Positions 7,254 to 15,406 of a stretch of DNA of 64,000 nucleotides are shown one piece after another. Made by a program: the position numbers and the translations under genes. Position 1 is the first letter of the stretch. Every line of letters begins with the position of its first letter. The DNA comes from a virus. The stretch lies in the IMG/VR virus record IMGVR_UViG_3300027969_000045; one strand, 5' to 3'. The notes beneath the pieces are model-generated. The model had not been told where the DNA came from. It saw nothing but the letters and a program-made list of their open reading frames with translations, and ran no database searches.

Positions 7254-8477
7254 ATGAATCTGCGTCCTTATCAACTAACTGCTCTGGAAGCACTTAAACA
7301 GCACAACAAAGGTGTCTGCGTGTTGCCAACAGGTTCAGGAAAAACTACTATCTTTCTACAAGATGTAAAGACTCGTTTAGAGAGTGCTACGGGTCTGTTG
7401 AATATCGTTGTAGTTGCTCCAAAGATTCTTCTTGCTTCACAACTCGCATCTCAATTCAAATCTTATCTAAAAGACTTTGATAATATCTTTCTTACCGATG
7501 TTCATTCTGGTGAGAATGGTATTACCAATCCTTCTGCGATTCGTACCACCAATCGTATGATTCGTAGTATGAATCTTCATCACATTCTATTCACTACCTA
7601 TAAGTCTCTTCCTCGTATTCTGGAAGCAGGTATTGAGATTGATGTAGCAATCTTTGATGAAGCACATCACTCCACGATGGAAAGTAATTTTGTGGGTGTA
7701 GCACAAACATCTATGATGTCAAAGAATACTTACTTCTTTACTGCTACACCAAAGCACACTAAAACTAAAACATCTATGTGTAATAGTTCTGTGTATGGTG
7801 GAACGATTGTATCTGTTCCTGCCAATCAACTTGTGAAGGATGGATATATTCTTCCTCCTAAGGTGATGACATACAAATCAGAATCATTTCGCACAAAAGA
7901 TAATGCTTGCTTTGTGGATGCTGAGAATGTTCTGAACTTTCTGAATGAGATTGATGTCGTCAATCCAAAGGTTCTTGTTGCTTCACCTTCTACAAAGGTG
8001 ATTGCTGATATGCTGAGTCAAACTGATTTGATTCAACAACTAGAACGAATGGATTATCAGATTCTTCATATCACCAGCAAGTATGGTCCTGTTATCAATG
8101 GCAAGAAAGTTTCTCGTGAACTCTTCTTTGAAACTTTGAGTCAGTTGGGTAATGATGATACAGCAAAGTTTGTTGTGTTTCACTACTCAATCATTTCAGA
8201 AGGTATTGATGTTCCTGGTTTCAATGCTGCTCTATTGCTTCGTAATCTTCCATTCATTGAACTTGTTCAAACGATTGGTCGTATTCTGCGAATGAATAAA
8301 GAAGACTATCAGGACATTCAAAATGGTGTGATTGTTGCTGGTGATTTTGATAAATATCGCAAGTCTTGTGGTATTGTATCTGTTCCAGTGTCTAATAACT
8401 ATGGCGATGCAATCGCACAACGTCTTCAACAAGTTGTGGATGCCATTTTTGTAGAGGGAAAGATTCTGATTGTATAA
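7254..8477 (+). CDS. Superfamily 2 DExH helicase (Res/type III-like)
   Basis: LRPYQ Q-motif, LPTGSGKT, FDEAHH, FTATP, EGIDVP, QTIGRILR. Confidence 0.92.
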   Translation: MNLRPYQLTALEALKQHNKGVCVLPTGSGKTTIFLQDVKTRLESATGLLNIVVVAPKILLASQLASQFKSYLKDFDNIFLTDVHSGENGITNPSAIRTTNRMIRSMNLHHILFTTYKSLPRILEAGIEIDVAIFDEAHHSTMESNFVGVAQTSMMSKNTYFFTATPKHTKTKTSMCNSSVYGGTIVSVPANQLVKDGYILPPKVMTYKSESFRTKDNACFVDAENVLNFLNEIDVVNPKVLVASPSTKVIADMLSQTDLIQQLERMDYQILHITSKYGPVINGKKVSRELFFETLSQLGNDDTAKFVVFHYSIISEGIDVPGFNAALLLRNLPFIELVQTIGRILRMNKEDYQDIQNGVIVAGDFDKYRKSCGIVSVPVSNNYGDAIAQRLQQVVDAIFVEGKILIV

Positions 8478-8503
8478 ATCATATATGTCCCGCACATAAA
8501 CTA

Positions 8504-8668
8504 ATGGTATTTCAAAAAAAGTTCAGTAATTCAGGGGAAACCAAACATATGAGAGTTCCTGTTGTTTATGCTGATTTGATTGACGAGCTTATGGTTATCT
8601 TTGATAGAAAGTTTGAAGTTAGTAAAGGTAGGCACATTCTACGAATCTTTATAGATCGTTTCTTGTGA
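8504..8668 (+). CDS. Small putative ribbon-helix-helix-like DNA-binding protein (54 aa)
   Basis: Hand-translated MVFQKKFSNSGETKHMRVPVVYADLIDELMVIFDRKFEVSKGRHILRIFIDRFL; below the ORF track cutoff. Confidence 0.55.
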   Translation: MVFQKKFSNSGETKHMRVPVVYADLIDELMVIFDRKFEVSKGRHILRIFIDRFL

Positions 8669-8682
8669 GTCTAGTGTTGAGA

Positions 8683-8740
8683 TGTGCCACTTGTAGAGGT
8701 GGCACACTAAACGAGCACAGACCCTAGGACCTGCTATAAT
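8683..8740 (+). promoter_or_regulatory. Palindrome-promoter cassette 5
   Basis: TGTGCCA 8683-8689, TGGCACA 8700-8706, TGc-TATAAT 8735-8740. Confidence 0.88.
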
Positions 8741-8767
8741 AAGAGGACACAAGCAAAGAAAACTCAA

Positions 8768-8980
8768 ATGAACTTCAAAGACCGCGATTCCGTCATTGAT
8801 TCTTATGCACAATACATTCTGGATAGTCTGGATATGGACGCAGTATTGAACATTGCTTATGATACTCTTGTGGGAAATCTCACCGACTATACTAATGAAC
8901 AACTGGCAACAGAGATTGTTGAATGTCATGGTGAAGAATGGTTTGAAGACCATAATGTAGAAGTGAATGAGGCAGTATAG
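8768..8980 (+). CDS. Acidic hypothetical early protein
   Basis: ORF track; the only gene between cassettes 5 and 6. Confidence 0.8.
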   Translation: MNFKDRDSVIDSYAQYILDSLDMDAVLNIAYDTLVGNLTDYTNEQLATEIVECHGEEWFEDHNVEVNEAV

Positions 8981-8983
8981 TGC

Positions 8984-9042
8984 TGTGCCAGTTGTAGGGG
9001 TGGCACATAACACTCCCAAACGACCATAGGAGCTGCTATAAT
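8984..9042 (+). promoter_or_regulatory. Palindrome-promoter cassette 6
   Basis: TGTGCCA 8984-8990, TGGCACA 9001-9007, TGc-TATAAT 9037-9042. Confidence 0.88.
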
Positions 9043-9066
9043 AAGAAGACAAACAAACAAAGACAA

Positions 9067-9270
9067 ATGACCTGCACCATCACCAAAACTCTCACCTTTA
9101 TTGAGGAAACTGATTTGCTTGCGATGGCATATAGTTCTGTTGCTTATATGAAACTGTATGCCGAGCAATCTACCGATAACAAAGATTATTGGATGATGCG
9201 AGCAGAACAGTTTGAACGAGTTGCCAATAAATTGAATACTGAAATGCGTCAAACTATGGAGGCAAACTGA
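9067..9270 (+). CDS. Hypothetical protein
   Basis: ORF track. Confidence 0.75.
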   Translation: MTCTITKTLTFIEETDLLAMAYSSVAYMKLYAEQSTDNKDYWMMRAEQFERVANKLNTEMRQTMEAN

Positions 9271-9452
9271 TGACTGATTTGGAAAAAGTTTTATTGCTGG
9301 AAGAAATCTTGACTGAAAAGCAAATGTCTTCCTTGCGGGATATGTTGTCCCAATACAAAGAGTTTCAGGAAGAACTTTATCAGTATCCTGACCCCACTAC
9401 TTTATTCACAGAAACCCAGAGAGAACTCTTCACTCTTTTTGACATCGTATGA
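9270..9452 (+). CDS. Hypothetical protein
   Basis: ORF track; coupled stop/start. Confidence 0.72.
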   Translation: MTDLEKVLLLEEILTEKQMSSLRDMLSQYKEFQEELYQYPDPTTLFTETQRELFTLFDIV

Positions 9453-9634
9453 ACAACAACACAACTTGGTTTGAAGTTTTTATTGCTCTTGGTACTGGTA
9501 TTCTGCTTCTTGTAGTTGCTGCGGGTCTTCTTGCTATCACCAATCCAAGAATTGAAGCAAAATGTATCGCAAAAGGAGGGCAAGTTTTTGCTGTTCCTGG
9601 TCATCCTAGTTCCTGTCTTTATCCTGCAAAATGA
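9449..9634 (+). CDS. Small membrane protein
   Basis: N-terminal TM helix; ATGA overlaps. Confidence 0.72.
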   Translation: MNNNTTWFEVFIALGTGILLLVVAAGLLAITNPRIEAKCIAKGGQVFAVPGHPSSCLYPAK

Positions 9635-9780
9635 CTTACCTCACTTCTGATGATCTCAACAATCTGATTCGTTTGGTTGAAGAAAACAATCAATACAACG
9701 ATGATGACGACAAAGAGTTTTGGGATGATGTTATGATTCGTCTCAATCAAGAATACCGTCACTGTTTGGATGATTTCTAA
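9631..9780 (+). CDS. Small acidic protein (49 aa)
   Basis: Hand-translated MTYLTSDDLNNLIRLVEENNQYNDDDDKEFWDDVMIRLNQEYRHCLDDF; coupled to both neighbours. Confidence 0.68.
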   Translation: MTYLTSDDLNNLIRLVEENNQYNDDDDKEFWDDVMIRLNQEYRHCLDDF

Positions 9781-10028
9781 TGAACCGCACACTTCAACAA
9801 CTGAAAGAATCAGTAGAAAAACTGATTGAACAACAAGGAGCAAACGCATCTTGTGCTGCGTTCATCTTCACCAAAGAAGATGTATATGAGATGGATGATG
9901 ATGGTAATGATGTGTATTGTAGTGAGGAAATCACTAACAAAGTCCTCAACGATTTGGATGAGACTGATTATGTTTTAGCAAAAGCATTTGACTGCATTGA
10001 AGATTACATCAACCACCACACAAAATGA
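9780..10028 (+). CDS. Hypothetical protein
   Basis: ORF track. Confidence 0.75.
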   Translation: MNRTLQQLKESVEKLIEQQGANASCAAFIFTKEDVYEMDDDGNDVYCSEEITNKVLNDLDETDYVLAKAFDCIEDYINHHTK

Positions 10029-10231
10029 CTCAAATCTCTTTCACATCTGGTGAGTTGCTGGACATTATCTCTGCTCTTCAACTTGTAGAAGAAGGAGTGT
10101 ATGATGATGGAGACCATCAAGGTGCTGCTTATTATCAAAATATGATTCAACAATTTGAACTCATTTCTAATAAACTTCAGGAGTTTGTTCCTGAAGATCG
10201 TGTTGCCAATCTTGTTCTTGCTGTAAATTGA
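10025..10231 (+). CDS. Hypothetical protein
   Basis: ORF track. Confidence 0.72.
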   Translation: MTQISFTSGELLDIISALQLVEEGVYDDGDHQGAAYYQNMIQQFELISNKLQEFVPEDRVANLVLAVN

Positions 10232-10232
10232 A

Positions 10233-10643
10233 ATGTTGAAAACTAAAATGAATCCCGAAGTTAAGCAGAAGTGGATTGATGCTCTGCGTTCTGATAAGTA
10301 TGAGCAGGGCAGTGAGAAACTCCGCAGTGTGATTGGTTATTGTTGTCTTGGTGTTCTGTGTGACCTTTATTCGCAAGAACATAATGTTGAGTGGAAGTTT
10401 AGAGGAAATGAAGAAACCAATCTTCAACCTATGGACTATTGGTATTTTGATGGAGATAGTGAGTTTCTACCTGAATCTGTAATGAATTGGGCAGAACTGA
10501 AAACTCATAATCCTACTCTGCAAGTTGATGTTGAAGATAATGATCATGAAGATGGTTGGTGCTATGAAGATGGAATTTCAGGTATAAATGATTCTGGTTG
10601 TACTTTTTCACGAATTGCGAGTCTTATTGAAGCACATCTATGA
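10233..10643 (+). CDS. Conserved phage protein (W..ALRS..Y.QG...CCLGVLC motif)
   Basis: ORF track; recurrent phage motif; start could be 10248. Confidence 0.8.
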   Translation: MLKTKMNPEVKQKWIDALRSDKYEQGSEKLRSVIGYCCLGVLCDLYSQEHNVEWKFRGNEETNLQPMDYWYFDGDSEFLPESVMNWAELKTHNPTLQVDVEDNDHEDGWCYEDGISGINDSGCTFSRIASLIEAHL

Positions 10644-10661
10644 TTGAGTCTCGTGTTGAGA

Positions 10662-10720
10662 TGTGCCAGTAATCCTTCTGGCACATAACATCCCCAAACC
10701 CCTCCAATCCGTGCTATGAT
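10662..10720 (+). promoter_or_regulatory. Palindrome-promoter cassette 7
   Basis: TGTGCCA 10662-10668, TGGCACA 10679-10685, TGc-TATGAT 10715-10720. Confidence 0.88.
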
Positions 10721-10744
10721 TACGGAGTAATCAAGAGAAAACCA

Positions 10745-11164
10745 ATGTCTGTTCCTTTCACAATGAACTACAAAGAACTTTATTCTCAGGAAACTGTTGA
10801 TAAAATTGAAGAACTGATTGCTGATTCTTATGCTCTGGATGATATTGTAGATTTCATTGCTGAAACTTCGGAAGAATCTTTCCGCAGTTATTATCAAACC
10901 TATGTTGAAACTGGTGAAGAGTATTCTTATGAAGCAGTAGATGCTTTCATTGAAGAGTTTGGTCTTCATTCTTTGGTTGGTGATAACTTTCAAGACTCTT
11001 ATCGGGGTCAATATGATTCCAAAGCAGATTATGCGGAGAGTTATGTAAGTAAATGTTATTCTGTGGAAGTTCCTAGTTTTGTGGAAGTTGATTGGGAAGC
11101 ATCATTTGATAATATGGATGTTGTAATGAGTGATGCTGGTTATGTGTTTGACAATCAATTCTGA
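10745..11164 (+). CDS. ArdA-like acidic antirestriction (DNA-mimic) protein
   Basis: Very acidic; YRGQYDSKADYAE...VPSFVEVDWEA...GYVF resembles the ArdA C-terminal pattern. Confidence 0.6.
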   Translation: MSVPFTMNYKELYSQETVDKIEELIADSYALDDIVDFIAETSEESFRSYYQTYVETGEEYSYEAVDAFIEEFGLHSLVGDNFQDSYRGQYDSKADYAESYVSKCYSVEVPSFVEVDWEASFDNMDVVMSDAGYVFDNQF

Positions 11165-11170
11165 ATCATT

Positions 11171-11434
11171 ATGAAACTTCAATCGCAAGACAATACTTCG
11201 GTGGTTGATTTTTATCCCACCAAGACTTTCACTGGTAATGTATCCAAAGAGTGGTTTCTTAAAACTATCACCTTTCAAGGAAAGACATTATCCAAGCTGA
11301 TGCTCAACCGAATTGAAATGAATCTTGAAGTTCAAACTTATTTGAACAATGATTCAATTCCTTTTGAAGTTGTAGATTTCAATATACTTCCTCAATTTGT
11401 GGAAGATCATTTTGCTGAACCATTTTCTGCCTGA
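11171..11434 (+). CDS. Hypothetical protein
   Basis: ORF track. Confidence 0.72.
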   Translation: MKLQSQDNTSVVDFYPTKTFTGNVSKEWFLKTITFQGKTLSKLMLNRIEMNLEVQTYLNNDSIPFEVVDFNILPQFVEDHFAEPFSA

Positions 11435-11440
11435 ATCATT

Positions 11441-11623
11441 ATGGAAGTCTATGCTGTGATTGGTGGTATCAATTATGAGGGAGAACAATTTTATTCTCTC
11501 AAACTGTTTGATTGTTGGTCTTCTGCTGATGCTTACCGTGAGCATTTGATTGTGAATGATGGTTATGATTACGCAAAAATGGAACTGAGAGAAGTTAATA
11601 TGGAATCGGCAATCAAATTATAG
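11441..11623 (+). CDS. Hypothetical protein
   Basis: ORF track. Confidence 0.72.
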   Translation: MEVYAVIGGINYEGEQFYSLKLFDCWSSADAYREHLIVNDGYDYAKMELREVNMESAIKL

Positions 11624-11627
11624 TCGG

Positions 11628-11686
11628 TGTGCCACTTGTAGGGGTGGCACATAGAATGAGCACAGACCCCTCTGGGGTGCTATACT
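11628..11686 (+). promoter_or_regulatory. Palindrome-promoter cassette 8
   Basis: TGTGCCA 11628-11634, TGGCACA 11645-11651, TGc-TATACT 11681-11686. Confidence 0.88.
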
Positions 11687-11711
11687 GTAAGTATCAAAGG
11701 TTGAGAACCAA

Positions 11712-12386
11712 ATGGACCGCACTCAAGTCATCGCAAAGATTCAGTCTATTCTGAAACTTCAGAATGGAACTTCTTTTGATGGTGAGGCAGATGCTGCTGC
11801 AAAGATGATTGATAAACTTTGCAAGCAGTATGGTGTTACTATCACCGAAGCAACTGAAACTCAAGTATTTGATGAGTCCTTTATCAAATACAAACGTGTA
11901 AATTATGCACTTATCACTCTTCTCAATGCGATTGCAACTTTCTATGATGCAAAAGCATATATGAAGAATGGTGATGAAAAATCACTTCAAATCATTGGTA
12001 GTGATGCACAACAAATTCAAGTGCGTCTCTATTATGATTACCTGGTTCAGGTGATGGAGAAAGAAGCAGAACTTGCACATTCGGCAGAGAAGATTATGGC
12101 TGCTCTGACTGGTAAGAGTGTATCTCGTAGCTTCAAACTTAATTTCCGCAAAGCATTTGCCGATAAAGTAGCACTGCGTTTGTTTGAAATGAAGAAAGAA
12201 GAGAACCGAGTTCACGAAGATAAGAAAGCAGTGAGTGATAAACTTTCTACGATGCGATTTGGAAAATCGCGTAAATTTAATAGTCCTAATGGTTCTGGGG
12301 CAATCTCTGGTTCTAATGTGGGAGCGGGAGTTTCTTTACATAGACAAACAAGTGGTTCAGTTGCTAAACAACTTTGTGGAGTTTAA
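11712..12386 (+). CDS. DUF2786-like domain protein
   Basis: N-terminal KIQSILKL...EADAAAKMIDKLCKQYGV. Confidence 0.75.
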   Translation: MDRTQVIAKIQSILKLQNGTSFDGEADAAAKMIDKLCKQYGVTITEATETQVFDESFIKYKRVNYALITLLNAIATFYDAKAYMKNGDEKSLQIIGSDAQQIQVRLYYDYLVQVMEKEAELAHSAEKIMAALTGKSVSRSFKLNFRKAFADKVALRLFEMKKEENRVHEDKKAVSDKLSTMRFGKSRKFNSPNGSGAISGSNVGAGVSLHRQTSGSVAKQLCGV

Positions 12387-12488
12387 CTAAATATAAATGT
12401 CTGTTGGTACGGCAATACTCTACAGATAAGATTGGGTGCTCTTTTTGGGCACCTTTTCTATTATAAATAGTATTGCCGTACCAATAGA
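12387..12488 (+). ncRNA. Candidate two-hairpin antisense sRNA/leader between tandem late promoters
   Basis: CTAAATATAAAT 12387-12398; stem GTCTGT/ACAGAT enclosing TGGTACGGCAATACTCT; terminator-like GGGTGCTC-TTTTT-GGGCACCT-TTTC; TATAAATA 12462-12469; 12469-12488 is complementary to 12400-12419 (19 Watson-Crick + 1 GU). Confidence 0.6.
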
Positions 12489-12494
12489 ATAAAA

Positions 12495-13232
12495 ATGACT
12501 TCACAAAGTCCAAGAATTTACTTATATAAAATTACCTTTGAAGAAGTTCCATATTACTATTATGGAGTAAAAAAGGAAAAGAAATATAACGAAGAATATT
12601 GGGGTTCTCCATATACAAATAAATGGTGCTGGGAACTTTATACACCAAAGAAACAAATACTTCAACTCTTTGATTATACTGATAAAGGTTGGTTAGAAGC
12701 ACTTGGAGTTGAAAAAAGAGTAATCAAACAATTTTACAATACCGATAAATGGTGCTTGAACGAAAATGTTGGTGGTTTGATGTCATTAGAAATTAACAGG
12801 AAATCTGGGAAAAAATCAGCCAAAACAAATAAAAAACAAAATACTGCTATATTTGGATTAACTAAAAAACAGTTGAAAGAACAAGGAATACTTGGAGGAA
12901 AAAAATCTTATGAATTGGGTGTTGGTATTCACTCGTTAACAACAGAACAAATAAGAGAAAATAGCAAAAAGGGGGGGCAAAAAACAAAAGAACTTGGTAT
13001 TGGTGTTTGTGGATTATCTTTAGAACAAAGAATAGAAATTGGCAGAAAAAACTACAAAAATGGAATAGGTCTTGCTTCTATAACCAAAGAAAAAAGAAAA
13101 GAAATAGTGAAAACAACTAATTCTCAAAGATGGATGTGTCTTGAAACTGGTCATATAACAACATCTGGACCACTTACAAAATATCAAAGAGCAAGAGGAA
13201 TATCTACCTTAAAAAGAGTAAGGTTAGTATAA
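12495..13232 (+). CDS. GIY-YIG-like homing endonuclease
   Basis: IYLYKITF...YYYGVKKE...YWGS; repeated G(V/I)GI..LT.EQ..E..KKGG units; A-rich composition; late promoter. Confidence 0.75.
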   Translation: MTSQSPRIYLYKITFEEVPYYYYGVKKEKKYNEEYWGSPYTNKWCWELYTPKKQILQLFDYTDKGWLEALGVEKRVIKQFYNTDKWCLNENVGGLMSLEINRKSGKKSAKTNKKQNTAIFGLTKKQLKEQGILGGKKSYELGVGIHSLTTEQIRENSKKGGQKTKELGIGVCGLSLEQRIEIGRKNYKNGIGLASITKEKRKEIVKTTNSQRWMCLETGHITTSGPLTKYQRARGISTLKRVRLV

Positions 13233-13260
13233 TCTGTCTCGCACGAGTCCAATGATACGG

Positions 13261-13319
13261 TGTGCCAGTTGTAGCACTGGCACACTATATCCCCAAACCC
13301 CTCCAATCCGTGCTATGAT
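13261..13319 (+). promoter_or_regulatory. Palindrome-promoter cassette 9
   Basis: TGTGCCAGT-TGTAGC-ACTGGCACA 13261-13284, TGc-TATGAT 13314-13319; 13289-13335 is identical to 10690-10736. Confidence 0.88.
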
Positions 13320-13342
13320 TACGGAGTAATCAAGACAAAACG

Positions 13343-13618
13343 ATGAAGTTTCAAGTTACTCAAATTGAGTTTGACTTTGACAACTCTTGCCCGTATTGTG
13401 GTGGGGATTGTTACAACGATCACGACAATGCTTGTGATGGTTTTCTTGGTGATATTGACCATTTAGTTCAACAACAGCAACAAACTATTGATGAAACTAT
13501 CTCCCAAATCTGGGAGGTTGATGATGAAGAGCATCTGGTAGATAAAATTAGTGACGAAACTGGTTGGTGTATCAAGTCCATTCATTATACTGTCTTTATT
13601 CCCGGCGTTTATTCCTAG
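13343..13618 (+). CDS. Hypothetical protein with a CPYC...C...C segment
   Basis: ORF track. Confidence 0.75.
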   Translation: MKFQVTQIEFDFDNSCPYCGGDCYNDHDNACDGFLGDIDHLVQQQQQTIDETISQIWEVDDEEHLVDKISDETGWCIKSIHYTVFIPGVYS

Positions 13619-13650
13619 TCTTACACACAACTAACAAACAACAAAAACCG

Positions 13651-13815
13651 ATGACAACTTTCAATTACACCGTTGCTCTCTATCGTTTTGCTTATGATGT
13701 AGTTGGTATGTCCGAGCAAGACAACATTCGGTATAGTTATGGTGAGTGCCTTGATTGTAACATTGGAATTGATACTTTTTACGATAATGTAAACCGTGCC
13801 TTGTGTGCCGTCTAA
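13651..13815 (+). CDS. Hypothetical protein (54 aa)
   Basis: ORF track frame; ATG 13651 follows an A/C-rich leader. Confidence 0.65.
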   Translation: MTTFNYTVALYRFAYDVVGMSEQDNIRYSYGECLDCNIGIDTFYDNVNRALCAV

Positions 13816-13850
13816 TTCTCTCACATTCATACAAACCAACAAACAAACAA

Positions 13851-14156
13851 ATGTCTTATTCTGAAAAGTACCAGCAACTGGAAAATCAAATTCAAGAACT
13901 TCAAGCAGAAGTTAAAAGATTGAAGCAAGAAGAAACAAATAACAAACTTCCTCGTAACTTTGCGATTGATGTTGTCAAAAAAATCCTTGATGATGGTGAT
14001 ACTAATTACCTTGATGATGCCTTTGAATGGGCTTATACAGAACAAGGATATACTTATTGGAATGACATTCATGATGGCAATGAACCACTTCGTAAGAAAG
14101 ACATCATTCAACTTCAAAAATGGGTGATTATCTATCTGGAACAAAATCAAAAGTAA
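13851..14156 (+). CDS. Hypothetical protein with N-terminal coiled coil and AF.W..T.QG..YW domain
   Basis: ORF track frame; ATG 13851. Confidence 0.75.
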   Translation: MSYSEKYQQLENQIQELQAEVKRLKQEETNNKLPRNFAIDVVKKILDDGDTNYLDDAFEWAYTEQGYTYWNDIHDGNEPLRKKDIIQLQKWVIIYLEQNQK

Positions 14157-14198
14157 ATCATAATTCTTACTCATTCAAAACACATTACAAACAACTTT

Positions 14199-14396
14199 AT
14201 GAACTCTGACAAGCAACGCAATTCTCAAATTGAAGTTTCGGTTGATTATATGAATGACCAAGTTCTTCATCTCATTAACAACGATCAAGCAGAAAATGCG
14301 AAAGCAATTCTTATGGAATGGGAAGAATTGATGACACACGAAGATGGTGATGATTCAGTTACAGTCATTTGGATGAAGAACTTTATTTCAATCTAG
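14199..14396 (+). CDS. Hypothetical protein
   Basis: ORF track. Confidence 0.72.
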   Translation: MNSDKQRNSQIEVSVDYMNDQVLHLINNDQAENAKAILMEWEELMTHEDGDDSVTVIWMKNFISI

Positions 14397-14424
14397 TAGC
14401 ATCTCATTGAGACCAGTGTTGAGA

Positions 14425-14482
14425 TGTGCCACTTGTAGCACTGGCACAGTAAATGAGCACAGACCCCAATCCGTGCTATGAT
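14425..14482 (+). promoter_or_regulatory. Palindrome-promoter cassette 10
   Basis: TGTGCCA 14425-14431, TGGCACA 14442-14448, TGc-TATGAT 14477-14482. Confidence 0.88.
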
Positions 14483-14511
14483 AAAGGGACACAAGCAAAG
14501 AAAAGCACCTG

Positions 14512-14685
14512 ATGACAACTGCACAAAAACTAGAAAAAGCATTTCTTCTAAATGTGTTTGCTCTGGTGAATGAAGTTCAAGGTAAGCACAAACTTCCTTC
14601 GCAGTTTCATTCTAATTACAAATCTTCTTGGGTAAAGCAAAATCATAATCCCAAGCAAAAGAAAGATGCTCTTTCCCGTGTTTGA
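14512..14685 (+). CDS. Small basic protein (57 aa)
   Basis: Hand-translated MTTAQKLEKAFLLNVFALVNEVQGKHKLPSQ...KKDALSRV; first gene after the promoter. Confidence 0.65.
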   Translation: MTTAQKLEKAFLLNVFALVNEVQGKHKLPSQFHSNYKSSWVKQNHNPKQKKDALSRV

Positions 14686-14690
14686 ACTCA

Positions 14691-15095
14691 ATGAGTAAAC
14701 TTCTTGATCAAATTGATCTTTCAACTTGTATTATGGGTCAATTAGTTCAACTTCGCAGTGGTGATTTTGAGTATTACGAATATAAAGATGAGGCAGGTTT
14801 TTATATTGTTGGTGGTGATTATTATAATCAGGATGGAAGTTATTATGTTAAATATACTGAACCCCAGTATGATGTAGTCAAAGTCTTTCCTGCCGAGATT
14901 CCAGTTCCTGATTCATTTAGCGTTCGTTGGTCCAAAGAAGTTCTAAAAGGACGTATTTCTTATCTTGTTGTAGCATTTGATTTTGCTCAAACTCCGCAAG
15001 GAGAACAGTATTGGAGAGATATTTACACTGGTAAAACTAATCTCTCTTTTGGTGATATGATTCTCATTCAGAAGTGGGTCATTCAATCACTCTGA
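14691..15095 (+). CDS. Hypothetical protein; C-terminal domain paralogous to 13851-14156
   Basis: AFDFAQTPQGEQYWRDIY...LIQKWVI. Confidence 0.75.
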   Translation: MSKLLDQIDLSTCIMGQLVQLRSGDFEYYEYKDEAGFYIVGGDYYNQDGSYYVKYTEPQYDVVKVFPAEIPVPDSFSVRWSKEVLKGRISYLVVAFDFAQTPQGEQYWRDIYTGKTNLSFGDMILIQKWVIQSL

Positions 15096-15145
15096 ACGGT
15101 TAGCATACATAAGGGATGCTGATAGGTAGAAGAACCGTAGACCCC

Positions 15146-15174
15146 TTGACAACCACCCCCAAAGGTGCTATGAT
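15146..15174 (+). promoter_or_regulatory. Canonical sigma70 early promoter without the TGTGCCA palindrome
   Basis: TTGACA 15146-15151, 17 nt, TGc-TATGAT 15169-15174. Confidence 0.85.
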
Positions 15175-15198
15175 AAGGGGACAGACAAACAAAGGCAA

Positions 15199-15372
15199 AT
15201 GAGTGAGTTTCAAAAAATCATTCAAGAAGCAAACTTTCAATCAAACTCAAAGAACCAATTTATTCAAGAACTTTTGAAAGATAAAGTGTTCTGTTCATTG
15301 ATGATTGAATCTTGTTTGATTGGATTTGTAGATGGTGTGGTAGAAGCTATATTTCCCGATAAAGATAACTAA
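15199..15372 (+). CDS. Hypothetical protein (57 aa)
   Basis: Hand-translated MSEFQKIIQEANFQ...IFPDKDN; follows the promoter. Confidence 0.6.
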   Translation: MSEFQKIIQEANFQSNSKNQFIQELLKDKVFCSLMIESCLIGFVDGVVEAIFPDKDN

Positions 15373-15406
15373 TCTCTCTCTCACTCACTCACTTAAAACA
15401 CTCTAA

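Noticed and set aside
27-14482. TGGCAC as a sigma54 -24 element
   Set aside because: There is no TTGC -12 box at the required spacing, the motif is half of a palindrome, and sigma70-type -10 boxes follow at a fixed distance
27-14482. Palindromic repeats as a CRISPR array or as terminators
   Set aside because: Copies are 0.3-3.7 kb apart and separated by whole genes; no cas genes; no U-tract follows the stems
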